Source of the DNA: Candidatus Omnitrophota bacterium
GTDB lineage: Bacteria; Omnitrophota; Gorgyraeia; JAHJTE01
DNA: 64,000 nt
Direction: 5' to 3'
Assembly (NCBI GenBank): GCA_018830005.1
Contig: JAHJTE010000002.1
Span: 73,517 to 137,516, forward strand
Shown here: one piece after another, positions 1 through 9,402 of the stretch
How the letters are laid out: each line of letters starts with the position of its first letter
Position numbering within the stretch: position 1 is the stretch's first letter
Made by a program: the position numbers and the translations under genes
The notes under the pieces: generated by a model
Databases searched by the model: none
What the model saw: the letters and a program-made list of their open reading frames with translations, nothing else
Told to the model about the DNA's origin: nothing

Positions 1-11
1 AGGAGAACAAG

Positions 12-584
12 ATGCTTAAAGCGCTAATATCATCAAAGATTAGAAGATTGATTTTAAAGGTGTTCCTAACTAATCCCGAAAATAAATACTACGTACGCCA
101 GCTTTCCAAGCTGATTTCTGTATCTGTAGGTAGCCTACATAGAGAACTAATTAACTTAGAAAATGAAGGCATTCTAATATCTAATTATTTAGGCAACCTA
201 AGGCAATTTTACGTTAATAAAGAGCATCCTTTGTATAAAGAAATAAAGCAGATAATTTCCAAGACCGAAGGCATAGAAGGGAGGCTAAAGGATTACCTTA
301 AAGACACCCCGGGCCTAAAGACAATTTTTATTTATGGCTCTTTTGCGGAAGGTAAAGAAAGAGCTGATAGCGATATTGACCTATTCTTATTGGGCCAGCC
401 AAGCGAAGATAAACTTATTAATAAAATTTCTGATTTAGAGAAAGAGTTTACTCGTGAAATCAACTATACTATTTACACTAAATCCGATTTCAAAAGAGAA
501 AAAAAGAAAAGAAACTCTTTTATTCTGGATTTAATGAAGCATCCCAAGGTTTTTATAAAAGGCAAAGAAAGTGACCTGCGATAA
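12..584 (+). CDS. Minimal nucleotidyltransferase (MNT-type, antitoxin-like) with N-terminal winged-helix DNA-binding domain
   Basis: RBS aggaga upstream of ATG at 12; NTase-fold motif GSFAEGKERADSDIDLFLLG; N-terminal wHTH-like segment; 14-nt overlap with downstream HEPN gene. Confidence 0.6.
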   Translation: MLKALISSKIRRLILKVFLTNPENKYYVRQLSKLISVSVGSLHRELINLENEGILISNYLGNLRQFYVNKEHPLYKEIKQIISKTEGIEGRLKDYLKDTPGLKTIFIYGSFAEGKERADSDIDLFLLGQPSEDKLINKISDLEKEFTREINYTIYTKSDFKREKKKRNSFILDLMKHPKVFIKGKESDLR

Positions 585-1038
585 ATTCATAGATGATTAT
601 ATAAATAAAGGGCTTTTGAAACGCCAAAAGGTCGGCTTTGATCAGATTGATAAATTAATTATCAGAGCTAGGAAAGACCTAGAAAGTGCACACCTTATGT
701 TAAAAAATGACCCACCTTGGGCATATAATTGCGCTTATTCAGCAATGCTTCATTCGGCAAGGGCATTTATCTTTACGAAAGGCTTCAGGCCCACGACAAA
801 TTTTCAGCATAAAACTGTTGTAGAGTTTATAGGGCATTATTTTGGTCAAAAATTTACCACATTAGTTGAAAAATTTAACCGTATGCGTAAAAACCGCAAT
901 CTCTTTATGTATGAACCCTGGAAAATCAATATATCAAAGACCGATGCGGAAAATGCCTTGAAAACTACCACTGAATTTATCGAGCTCATTGCGGAAGAAA
1001 TCAAGAAAGAACATCCCCAAAAAAACCTCAATTTCTAA
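571..1038 (+). CDS. HEPN-domain protein (partner of MNT; toxin-like)
   Basis: Overlaps upstream MNT gene; all-helical composition; R-x6-H stretch (RPTTNFQH) compatible with HEPN Rx4-6H motif; typical HEPN/MNT gene order. Confidence 0.45.
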   Translation: MTCDKFIDDYINKGLLKRQKVGFDQIDKLIIRARKDLESAHLMLKNDPPWAYNCAYSAMLHSARAFIFTKGFRPTTNFQHKTVVEFIGHYFGQKFTTLVEKFNRMRKNRNLFMYEPWKINISKTDAENALKTTTEFIELIAEEIKKEHPQKNLNF

Positions 1039-1124
1039 TCACTAATTAACCTATGCTCCAGCCTTCCTACTTAACCCTATACCAATCCAACTTCCAAGTA
1101 TTAAATCTAAGGAGAAAAAAATAA

Positions 1125-1907
1125 ATGAGTAGATTTGGGTGCATAAAAGATAAGTTTGATGATCGGGATTATTTAATGCGGGCGTATCTACCCTTGGTAA
1201 AACTTCCCAGGAAGATTGACTTGACTCTTAAGATGTCGCCGGTCAGGGACCAAGGAGAAGAAGGAACTTGTGTTAGTTTTGCCACAGCTACTGGTATGAA
1301 AGAGTATCAAGAATTACTTGATTACGAAAAATTGGTGATACTTTCCCCGCGTTTTGTCTATAGTGAATGTAGGAAGATTGACGGTATGTCTGAATTGGAA
1401 GGCACGACCATCCGCGCAGCAATGCAGGTGCTTGGAGAAAAAGGTGTCTGCCGGGAAAAATTTTGGCCATATCAAGCTCACCAGAAAGACAAAGCCAAAG
1501 AAGGAACTGTTCAAGATGCCAAAAAATTTCGTATTATAACTTACGCCCGTATACTTAACCTAAATGAGCTGCGTTTGAACCTTGTTACTAAAGGTTCCTG
1601 CGTTATTGGCATTCAGGTCTTCAAGGGGATAATGGAGACAAAAACAGGTCTTGTGCCTTTGCCAAAGAAAAATGAAACTACCTTGGGCGGCCATGCTATT
1701 TGCGCAATAGGATATGACGATAGAAAGAAAGTCATCAAATTTAAAAACTCTTGGTCTGATAAATGGGGGCAGAATGGTTACGGATTCTTACCCTATGCCT
1801 ATGTTGAGCGCTACATGATGGACGCGTGGAGCTCGGTTGATATTGAGGATCCTAACCCGCTTACTCTGGCGATTGTATTGAAGTATAGAAAGCGGGCTTT
1901 AGCTTGA
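1125..1907 (+). CDS. Papain-like cysteine peptidase, family C1, no signal peptide (cytoplasmic)
   Basis: Catalytic triad contexts: QGEEGTCVSFA (Cys), GGHAICAIGYDD (His), NSWSDKWGQNGYGF (Asn-Ser-Trp); strong RBS aaggagaaaaaaataa upstream. Confidence 0.75.
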   Translation: MSRFGCIKDKFDDRDYLMRAYLPLVKLPRKIDLTLKMSPVRDQGEEGTCVSFATATGMKEYQELLDYEKLVILSPRFVYSECRKIDGMSELEGTTIRAAMQVLGEKGVCREKFWPYQAHQKDKAKEGTVQDAKKFRIITYARILNLNELRLNLVTKGSCVIGIQVFKGIMETKTGLVPLPKKNETTLGGHAICAIGYDDRKKVIKFKNSWSDKWGQNGYGFLPYAYVERYMMDAWSSVDIEDPNPLTLAIVLKYRKRALA

Positions 1908-2013
1908 CTCGTTCAATAGGGGACGGTTCTGTTTTTAAGGCGAATTAATTCTAAAAAATAGTCTCTGTCCTTAATTTTAACTGCCAGACAAGATAATATA
2001 GAAAATCCGCCCC

Positions 2014-2042
2014 TTGACAAATGCTGTCAAATAAGGTACACT
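2014..2042 (+). promoter_or_regulatory. Candidate sigma-70 promoter with palindromic operator for the Phd/RelE operon
   Basis: TTGACA (2014-2019), 17-nt spacer, TACACT (2037-2042); -35 lies inside inverted repeat TTGACAaatgcTGTCAA (2014-2030). Confidence 0.35.
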
Positions 2043-2098
2043 TTTAATGTAGATACAGTTGCAACTACATAAATTTAAGGTCAAAAAGGGGTGAAAAC

Positions 2099-2389
2099 AT
2101 GAACATTGCTACAGATCTCGTAAAAGCGACACATATAGGAATCAGAGAATTAAAAGAACATCTATCCAGGGGAAATCTAGACAAACTATTGGTTATAACT
2201 GATAGGGGACAGCCTGTAAGTGTCAACTTGCCTTACGAAGACATCTTAGAATTGCTTGATTTACTTGATGAACTAAGTGATCCTGAAACAATAGCAACTA
2301 TCAAGAAAGGTAGAGCAGCAATAAAAGCTGGCGCTAAGGGCATACCAGTATCAAAACTATTTAAAAAACTAATAAAAAAGGCTGGATGA
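2099..2389 (+). CDS. Type II antitoxin, Phd/YefM-like
   Basis: 96 aa; acidic C-terminal tail (LLDLLDELSDPE); 4-nt ATGA overlap with downstream RelE-family toxin gene. Confidence 0.6.
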   Translation: MNIATDLVKATHIGIRELKEHLSRGNLDKLLVITDRGQPVSVNLPYEDILELLDLLDELSDPETIATIKKGRAAIKAGAKGIPVSKLFKKLIKKAG

Positions 2390-2688
2390 ACTACAAGGTT
2401 CGCTTTCCTAATAATTCTATCCAAAAGAGGCTTGAAAAAGTTCTATCAAAAATCCACAAAAGCCTCCAAAGCGAAATTATAGAAGCGATAGAGCACCTTG
2501 CTAATGACCCGCGTCCCTTTGGTAGAACTCCATTCAAGAAGCTAAGACCGCCTGTTCAATTCTATCAACTAACTGCTCAATATCGCATCAGAATAGAAAA
2601 CTACCGAGTACTTTACGATATAGATGATAAGAAAAAAATCGTATGGGTTCTTGCCTTGCGAAAAAGAAGCGAAACTACCTATAAATAA
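2386..2688 (+). CDS. Type II toxin, RelE/ParE family
   Basis: 100 aa; C-terminal signature YRIRIENYRVLYDIDDKKKIVWVLALRKR typical of RelE/ParE. Confidence 0.7.
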   Translation: MNYKVRFPNNSIQKRLEKVLSKIHKSLQSEIIEAIEHLANDPRPFGRTPFKKLRPPVQFYQLTAQYRIRIENYRVLYDIDDKKKIVWVLALRKRSETTYK

Positions 2689-2711
2689 AGCCTTCCAACC
2701 TTTCTAAGACC

Positions 2712-3683
2712 ATGCTTAAGTCATCCTATTTAGAATTATACCAAACAAACTCTCAAGCCTTCCAGGCCAAGGTAGAGAAGGCCTACAAAACCCTAGAATC
2801 CTGCACCCTATGTCCCCATAACTGTAAGGTCAACCGGTTGGAGGGACAGATTGGAACGTGTAAGACAGGAGCAAAGGCTGAGGTTTACAGCTTCATGGCA
2901 CATCATGGTGAAGAGCCACCAATTTCAGGATCCAGGGGCTCTGGAACAATATTCTTTTCAAACTGCAATCTCCATTGCTGTTATTGTCAAAATTATGAAT
3001 TTAGTCAGATGGGAGGAGGCCGCGAAGTTGAGCCTGAAGAACTGGCAAAGATAATGTTAGAGCTTCAAACTAGAGGTTGTCACAATATAAATTTTGTTAG
3101 CCCAACGCATGTTGCGAGCCAAATTCTGCAAGGAATTTGGCGAGCAATACCCATGGGTTTAGAGATCCCGTTGGTTTACAATACTGGTGGTTATGACAAT
3201 GTTGAAATCTTGAAGCTTTTTGATGGGATTATAGATATTTACCTACCTGATATGCGCTATAATGATGCTGAGATTGCGCTAAAATTATCAGGTGCTAAGG
3301 AATACCCTAAATACAACAGACTTGCCATAAAAGAAATGTGGAGACAAGTCCCAAAGGCCGAATTTGACCAAAATAAGGTCATTTTAAGAGGTATGATTAT
3401 AAGACATTTAGTGCTTCCAAATGGCCTTTCTGGGACCTCCGGAATCATGAAGTTTCTAGCAAATGAAGTGTCTAAAGAAGTCCATGTAGCTCTCATGAGC
3501 CAGTATTTTCCCTGTTTTAAGGCCTCTAAGGAGCCCAAATTGGCACGAAGAATCACTCTCCAGGAGTATGAGTCAGCGAAAGGGGAGATGTCTAAAAATG
3601 GGCTTAAAAACGGCTGGTTCCAAGATGAGCATGGCTTGGATAGATTCCAAGGTATCAATATCAAACCCAATATCACTCCGTAA
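2712..3683 (+). CDS. Radical SAM protein, PflX/COG1313-like
   Basis: CX3CX2C motif CNLHCCYC; additional N-terminal Cys cluster CTLCPHNC...C. Confidence 0.6.
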   Translation: MLKSSYLELYQTNSQAFQAKVEKAYKTLESCTLCPHNCKVNRLEGQIGTCKTGAKAEVYSFMAHHGEEPPISGSRGSGTIFFSNCNLHCCYCQNYEFSQMGGGREVEPEELAKIMLELQTRGCHNINFVSPTHVASQILQGIWRAIPMGLEIPLVYNTGGYDNVEILKLFDGIIDIYLPDMRYNDAEIALKLSGAKEYPKYNRLAIKEMWRQVPKAEFDQNKVILRGMIIRHLVLPNGLSGTSGIMKFLANEVSKEVHVALMSQYFPCFKASKEPKLARRITLQEYESAKGEMSKNGLKNGWFQDEHGLDRFQGINIKPNITP

Positions 3684-3930
3684 TACCTTAAAACAACCCA
3701 AATCTAAACAAAAGTAACCCAAAGTAAGACCCGGTAAGTTTGCCAGAGGTTTTGCACAGGTTATTTTGAACTCTCCGCAAGCCTTTGAGCCCTATATACT
3801 TATATTTGATTTGATTAAGTTCACGAAGTTAACATAAGATATATTATAAGCACTAGTGCGACATCTAGACGAATTTGAATAATTATCAAGTTTATAAAGA
3901 AATAGGTAATTCTGGCGGGATTTTTATGTT

Positions 3931-4143
3931 TTATTCTAAACCACTTTGATCAGATTTTTGTTTCTCTAAATACCTCTTAATAAGTTTTAATTGTTCTTCC
4001 CCTGGCTTAGTCTTTTCTTTCAACCATCTCTGAATTGTCCTGGTACTAACACCTAAATACCTAGCCAGATCCTTTGTCTGGTAAGAATTTGTATAAAAAT
4101 AGAATTTATGCAACTTATACCATTCTTGTAGCTCTTTTTCCAT
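3931..4143 (-). CDS. Small helix-turn-helix DNA-binding protein
   Basis: 70 aa; HTH segment DLARYLGVSTRTIQRWL; stop abuts start of upstream LAGLIDADG gene. Confidence 0.4.
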   Translation of the reverse strand: MEKELQEWYKLHKFYFYTNSYQTKDLARYLGVSTRTIQRWLKEKTKPGEEQLKLIKRYLEKQKSDQSGLE

Positions 4144-4144
4144 G

Positions 4145-5026
4145 TTAAGTCCCTACCTTTAGACCTTCTAAAAACCGCTCATACTTACGCTCTAAAAATA
4201 GCCTATTTTGGTTATTTTTATATAAAATTTCAAATAATTTAGAGCTGTCTTTGTGAGCATATATGAACATGTAGCTGTATGCATTTTTGGTCTTCTGTTT
4301 GTATATTGTCCTTTTAGGCATATCTAAAAATTCAAGACATTTTTGCAATTTCTCTATAAAATTCTCAGAGCTGCTTACAAATTTAGATCTTAATGGAAAT
4401 TTTGGCCTACGTTTATCAAAGAAAACACTGCCGTCCCCATCAAACACTCCTCGAATAAAATCTGGCAGATACTCTTGAGGTACATTTGGAAATCTTACCG
4501 TCAAGCTTTTTTTAGACCCTATTCCCAACTTTCTTAAATCCTTAATCATGCCTTCCCGGGCAAAGCGAAAAATATACAGACCTTTTTGGTATTTGGATTG
4601 CTCGATTTTGTGTGACGCTCTTAAAGCCTCCTTCACCTTTTCAAGCAACTCCCTATCATTCATACTAAGTAAAATTGTCCCCGTCTTAGAAACACATCCA
4701 TCCGTAATAACTAAACCCAGCACATATGCCATTTCATGTGACCATTTGCCAAAAAAATGTTCATTTATATCAAAGAATTCTTGTGGCGCTTTCCCTTGTT
4801 TTTGTGCCTCAATTCTAGCCTGGGATTTAGAGCGTTGCTTTATTCCATATTTCTTGAGCTTCTTAAAGATAGCTACCCGAGAAACATTGTACAATAGGGC
4901 TATCTCTTGCAACGACTTACTATCCCTTAAATACAGACTAATTAGCTTATCTTTAGTTAGTTTATTTAACTTCATTGCTATATTCAGATTAGCTAGCCTT
5001 AGATTTACCTTTAAATTTTGTGGCAA
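4145..5026 (-). CDS. LAGLIDADG-type homing-endonuclease-like protein with N-terminal sigma-70-region-4-like HTH
   Basis: Two dodecapeptide-like motifs LGLVITDGCV and IRGVFDGDGSV; N-terminal HTH SLQEIALLYNVSRVAIFKKL; true start may be internal Met near 4978. Confidence 0.55.
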   Translation of the reverse strand: MPQNLKVNLRLANLNIAMKLNKLTKDKLISLYLRDSKSLQEIALLYNVSRVAIFKKLKKYGIKQRSKSQARIEAQKQGKAPQEFFDINEHFFGKWSHEMAYVLGLVITDGCVSKTGTILLSMNDRELLEKVKEALRASHKIEQSKYQKGLYIFRFAREGMIKDLRKLGIGSKKSLTVRFPNVPQEYLPDFIRGVFDGDGSVFFDKRRPKFPLRSKFVSSSENFIEKLQKCLEFLDMPKRTIYKQKTKNAYSYMFIYAHKDSSKLFEILYKNNQNRLFLERKYERFLEGLKVGT

Positions 5027-5372
5027 GCTCTAAAAGAATTGTACGATCTTTTTCAGTTCTAGTGCCTTCAATAGCCAACTTGTATGTTCCTCCAATAACC
5101 CTAATCCTCTTACCGCATACAAGCGCCTCAGAAACATCCTTCCTGGCCTTTCTTAGTATCCTGCTGAAGGTCTGCTGGCTTATACCCATAAATAATGCCG
5201 CATCTACCTGGTTTTTGCCCTCAAAATCAGCCAATCTTATCGCCTCTAATCCTTCCAGGCTTAATTCTACTTCATCTGGCCTGCCGGCCTTGCCTCTTGG
5301 GCTAAATTGGTTAATTTCCGGGATCCCTTTAATAAGCCTTGCTTTTTTTGGTCTTCCGCGATTTTTCATCAT
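4989..5372 (-). CDS. DUF134/UPF0251 family predicted DNA-binding protein
   Basis: N-terminal GRPKKARLIKGIPEINQFSP and HTH-like MGISQQTFSRILRKARK characteristic of DUF134. Confidence 0.6.
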   Translation of the reverse strand: MMKNRGRPKKARLIKGIPEINQFSPRGKAGRPDEVELSLEGLEAIRLADFEGKNQVDAALFMGISQQTFSRILRKARKDVSEALVCGKRIRVIGGTYKLAIEGTRTEKDRTILLELATKFKGKSKAS

Positions 5373-5543
5373 AATTTAAGTATATGTTGTATTGAGTAAA
5401 TCTATAATAATAACCAGCTATTTATTTCGAGTATATACCCAATATTATATTTTACACACAAAAATTATTTTGTCAATAATAAAATAAATCGTAATCAAAT
5501 TCTTGTGTTAAAGCAATCTTTTTATGTTATAATTTAACTAACC

Positions 5544-6929
5544 ATGCAAATCAAACAATCGCAAGAACTAAAAAGACTACTAGCTCCGCAATTACAGCAA
5601 TCGCTTAAGATTCTTACTCTTCCCTTATCTGAACTTAAGAATCTTGTTTCGCAAGAACTAGAAGCAAATCCAATCCTGGAAGAATCTCGGCCAAAGGACA
5701 CTGTAATAGTAAAAATCGACTCTCAGGAACCTCCGGAAAAACCATCAGACCCCCCTTCTACCCTGGATGCCATAGATGGCTACTTTTACCATGATTCCAA
5801 ATATGTATCCAAAGACGACACCACTACCACAGACCTGCGCGCCACAGTAATTACCAAAAAAATGAACCTGCAAGAGGTCTTGCTAAGGCAACTGGGTATA
5901 TTTTCTAGTTCTGAAGATGACCTCAAGATTGGTCAGGAAATCATTGGTAATATTGATGAAAACGGTTATTTGAAGGCTACAATCCCTGAAATTGCCCAAA
6001 CCCTTAATACAACAAGCGAAAAAGTGGAAAATACGCTTAAATTGATTCAGGGATTTGAACCAAATGGGGTTGCTGCAAGGTCGATTTCTGAATGCCTCCT
6101 AAACCAGCTTAAACTAGCCAAAAAGAAAGATCTACTACTTGAAAAAATCGTGGTATGCCACTTGGATGATGTAGCAAAAAAGCGATTTCAGAAAATCGCT
6201 AAATCCCTTGATCAGCCACTTGAAGCCATAGCACCTTTAGTTGAAAAATTATCAAAACTAGACCCCAAGCCAGGCCGAAATTACAGCCTAGATTATGCCC
6301 AGCACATTGTCCCTGATGTGATAATCGATCAGGATGATAATGATTTAGCTATCACAATAAACAATGAATATATGCCCAGCTTACGAATCAACAAGATCTA
6401 TATAAGGATGCTTAAACAAAAAAACCTTGATAAAAAAACCAGGGAATTTTTAACTCAAAAACTAAAGAATGCCCTAGAATTAATCCGCGCCATAACAAGA
6501 CGTCAGTCTACTCTACGCAGGATTGTCAACTTAATAGCTCAAATTCAGAATGAAGCAATCAAAAGGAACCTTTCACATCTGAAGCCATTAACATTTCAGG
6601 ATGTGGCCCGCAACCTCAATATCCACGAAACAACAGTCTGTAGGGCAATAATGAATAAATATGCCAAGCTGCCTTACGGCATCGTTGCCCTAAAAGACTT
6701 CTTCCCCTCCTCTATTGCTAATCGCAATGGCGAAAACGTCTCCTCAACCTATGTAAAAAAGATCATTAAGGATTGTATTGATGCTGAAGACAGAAAACAT
6801 CCTCTAAGTGACAAGAAGATCTTTGAGATCCTAACAAAGGATAAGAATCTTAACATCTCAAGGCGCACTGTAGCTAAATACAGGGAAGAACTGAAAATCC
6901 TCTCATCCTCATTCCGAAAAGAACGCTAA
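5544..6929 (+). CDS. rpoN: RNA polymerase sigma-54 factor
   Basis: Gln/Leu-rich N-terminal region I; C-terminal RpoN box ARRTVAKYRE; 461 aa. Confidence 0.9.
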   Translation: MQIKQSQELKRLLAPQLQQSLKILTLPLSELKNLVSQELEANPILEESRPKDTVIVKIDSQEPPEKPSDPPSTLDAIDGYFYHDSKYVSKDDTTTTDLRATVITKKMNLQEVLLRQLGIFSSSEDDLKIGQEIIGNIDENGYLKATIPEIAQTLNTTSEKVENTLKLIQGFEPNGVAARSISECLLNQLKLAKKKDLLLEKIVVCHLDDVAKKRFQKIAKSLDQPLEAIAPLVEKLSKLDPKPGRNYSLDYAQHIVPDVIIDQDDNDLAITINNEYMPSLRINKIYIRMLKQKNLDKKTREFLTQKLKNALELIRAITRRQSTLRRIVNLIAQIQNEAIKRNLSHLKPLTFQDVARNLNIHETTVCRAIMNKYAKLPYGIVALKDFFPSSIANRNGENVSSTYVKKIIKDCIDAEDRKHPLSDKKIFEILTKDKNLNISRRTVAKYREELKILSSSFRKER

Positions 6930-6979
6930 TCATATCAAGGCGCTAAAATTTTTAGATTAGAAAATAGGTTGGACTTATA

Positions 6980-7969
6980 CTATCTGGAGGGGTTAATAAC
7001 TACAGTCGCCAAATCAATTAGTTTGTTCATTAACCTTACGTTACTGGTATCGAATTTTACAGGTGAACTTCTTAAAACACCAAGATTCATAATACCAACT
7101 ACCCTATTTTGGGAATTTATGGGAAGAACCATTGCAGATTTTAATTTAGGCCGATTAAGGCGGGATTTTATTCTATTGTCGCTCAAATCGTCATCTATTA
7201 AAAGAGGCCTGTTTTCTTGCGCAACCATACCGGAAATACCCTCTCCTAACCTAACCTTCGTAGCATTTGCGATATCAAGAGGTATACCTTTGGATGACTG
7301 AATAGTTAGAATATCTCCACTCTTTTTGAAAAACATTATTGAACCAACATCTGCATTGCTTATCTGAAAGGCTACATCTAATAAGACATTCAAAATCTTA
7401 TTTAGTTGAGATGATACTTCCAACTCTTTCTCTTTCCTTATTGCTTTATAAGCGTATTTCAAAGTAACTCCGGCAACACCAGTAATCAATTTAATCAGGG
7501 ATTGGGCATTATAAAACGATGTAACCTTTATCTCTAACAGTGCACTCCAGAGTTCATCTAGATCAATCTTTAGTTCCTCTGCTATTGGCCTATACTCATC
7601 CTTTGGGTTACGGGTAATAAAAAACATCGGACCTAAGATAAGATAGCCTAAAACCTTACCATTATCCGATGTCAAGGGCGCAACGAAGTTATGTAAGCCC
7701 GGCAGACAAACAAAATCCAGATTCCTATTTACCCTTTGCTCTCCTCCCAAAAAAGTAGGCAAGCATTTTCCGCAAATTGTATTTTTAAATTCAGAGGGTT
7801 TGATTAACTCTCTGCACAATCGCGACTCACCGCTTACCGAAGTGATAGGCTCGCCTCTTTCATCTATAGTGCGAAGACCAACACTAGTTACAACAGAAAA
7901 AGTATCCTGGATATTCTGCCACTCTTTAATGTCAATGGTATCTTTTAATGAAGCTCTCCAGAATCTCAC
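6980..7969 (-). CDS. PocR-like sensor domain + GAF domain protein
   Basis: N-terminal PocR-like segment (CLPGLHNFVAPL); C-terminal GAF-like region (EGISGMVAQENRPLLIDD); last gene of the HK/RR operon. Confidence 0.5.
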   Translation of the reverse strand: MRFWRASLKDTIDIKEWQNIQDTFSVVTSVGLRTIDERGEPITSVSGESRLCRELIKPSEFKNTICGKCLPTFLGGEQRVNRNLDFVCLPGLHNFVAPLTSDNGKVLGYLILGPMFFITRNPKDEYRPIAEELKIDLDELWSALLEIKVTSFYNAQSLIKLITGVAGVTLKYAYKAIRKEKELEVSSQLNKILNVLLDVAFQISNADVGSIMFFKKSGDILTIQSSKGIPLDIANATKVRLGEGISGMVAQENRPLLIDDDLSDNRIKSRLNRPKLKSAMVLPINSQNRVVGIMNLGVLRSSPVKFDTSNVRLMNKLIDLATVVINPSR

Positions 7970-7971
7970 TG

Positions 7972-9402
7972 TTAGTTTCTACCCCTATCAGTAGCTTTGT
8001 TCGCCTCTAACAGACCGAACTTGCACATCTTTTTATAAAGTGTAGTTCTATTAATCCCTAATATCTTTGCTGCTTCGTTCCTGCTGCCTCCTACAGATGC
8101 AAGGACATTGACTATGATATCTTTCTCTGGATTAGCCAAGGCCTGCTTTAATTTCAATCTATCACCATTATCCCCGGAAACTGAAGCTGCCAACTTAGGC
8201 TTCTGCAAGTATTCAGGGAAATCATCCGGTGAGATTATCGTTTGTTTGCTTAAAATCACAGCCCTTTCTATTACATTCTCAAGCTCTCTGACGTTTCCTG
8301 GCCAAGGACAATTCGAAAGGACTGCTAGTGCTGCCCGGGAAAAGCCATCAATCTTTTTTCCCAGATGCTTTGAATGCTTCTTTATAAACTCATCAGCCAA
8401 TATTTCAATATCCTCTCTGCGATCCCGTAAAGGCGGAACCTCAATTGAGATAATATTCAAACGATAATATAGGTCCTGGCGGAATTTGCCCTGGGCTATT
8501 AATTCCTCTAGATTATGGTTTGTGGCAGCGATTACGCGCACATCTACTTTGATTGTATTGGTATCCCCTACCTTCTCAAGTTCACCCTCCTGCAACACTC
8601 TTAGTAACTTCACCTGAAGCGCAGGTGAAAATGCATCAATCTCATCTAAAAATATAGAGCCGCCATCAGCCAGCTCAAAACGGCCAATCCTATCTTTGAT
8701 TGCTCCGGTATAAGCGCCTTTTACATGGCCAAAAAGCTCACTTTCAAGCAATGTCTCGCTTAATGCACCGCAGCTAACCTCAACAAATGGCTTATTACGT
8801 TCTTTTTCGTTGTATTTATGAATAGCATGGGCAATCAGATGTTTTCCAGTTCCGCTTTCACCATGAATTAAAACCGTAGCCCTTGTTGTGGCAATCGCCT
8901 CAACGAGCGTATAAATCTTTTGCATCTTCAGGCTTTTACCAACGATGTCGTGAAAACGCTCTTTATGAGTAAGGGATAATTCTTCTTTTAATTTTATATT
9001 TTCATCAATTAGTCTACGCTGCTGCATTATACGTTCGATGATAATCTTGACTTCACTATCCACTATCGGCTTTGTTATATAATCATACGCACCGTTTTTC
9101 ATGGCCTCAACTGCATTTTCAATTGAACCAAAGCCAGTCATTAATATAACGGGGGTATCGGGTGAGATGATCTTTACATTCTTTAAAAGATGGACACCGT
9201 CCATTTTCGGCATCTTGATATCAGTAATGACTACATCCATAGTGTATTTCTTCAATAGCTCAAGCGCATCTTCGCTATTAGAGGCAGTACTTACAGTGTA
9301 GCCTGAGAGGGTCAATACCTCACTGAGTGAGCGCATTACCAAAGGCTCATCATCAACAACTAAGATATGCGTTCCGTTAGAATCTACTTTAGGTCTAAAC
9401 AT
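7972..9402 (-). CDS. Sigma-54-dependent response regulator (NtrC family; PrsR-like candidate)
   Basis: Receiver domain (VVDDEP...D); AAA+ sigma-54 interaction domain GESGTGKHLIAHAIH with GAYTGA; C-terminal Fis-type HTH. Confidence 0.9.
   Translation of the reverse strand: MFRPKVDSNGTHILVVDDEPLVMRSLSEVLTLSGYTVSTASNSEDALELLKKYTMDVVITDIKMPKMDGVHLLKNVKIISPDTPVILMTGFGSIENAVEAMKNGAYDYITKPIVDSEVKIIIERIMQQRRLIDENIKLKEELSLTHKERFHDIVGKSLKMQKIYTLVEAIATTRATVLIHGESGTGKHLIAHAIHKYNEKERNKPFVEVSCGALSETLLESELFGHVKGAYTGAIKDRIGRFELADGGSIFLDEIDAFSPALQVKLLRVLQEGELEKVGDTNTIKVDVRVIAATNHNLEELIAQGKFRQDLYYRLNIISIEVPPLRDRREDIEILADEFIKKHSKHLGKKIDGFSRAALAVLSNCPWPGNVRELENVIERAVILSKQTIISPDDFPEYLQKPKLAASVSGDNGDRLKLKQALANPEKDIIVNVLASVGGSRNEAAKILGINRTTLYKKMCKFGLLEANKATDRGRN

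Noticed and set aside
846-1539. Small antisense/overlapping ORFs (846-1031 minus, 1288-1470 minus, 1314-1514 minus, 1354-1539 plus), and similar ones throughout (e.g. 24166-24579, 27826-28533, 45698-46321, 56665-58335)
   Set aside because: They lie entirely within longer ORFs on the other strand or frame that carry recognisable domain signatures. Their composition is low-complexity, as expected for shadow ORFs in AT-rich DNA.
4145-5026. LAGLIDADG protein considered as evidence of a group I intron or intein
   Set aside because: No flanking intron-like structured RNA or host-gene split exons. The gene is free-standing with its own HTH and sits in an operon with other DNA-binding proteins.
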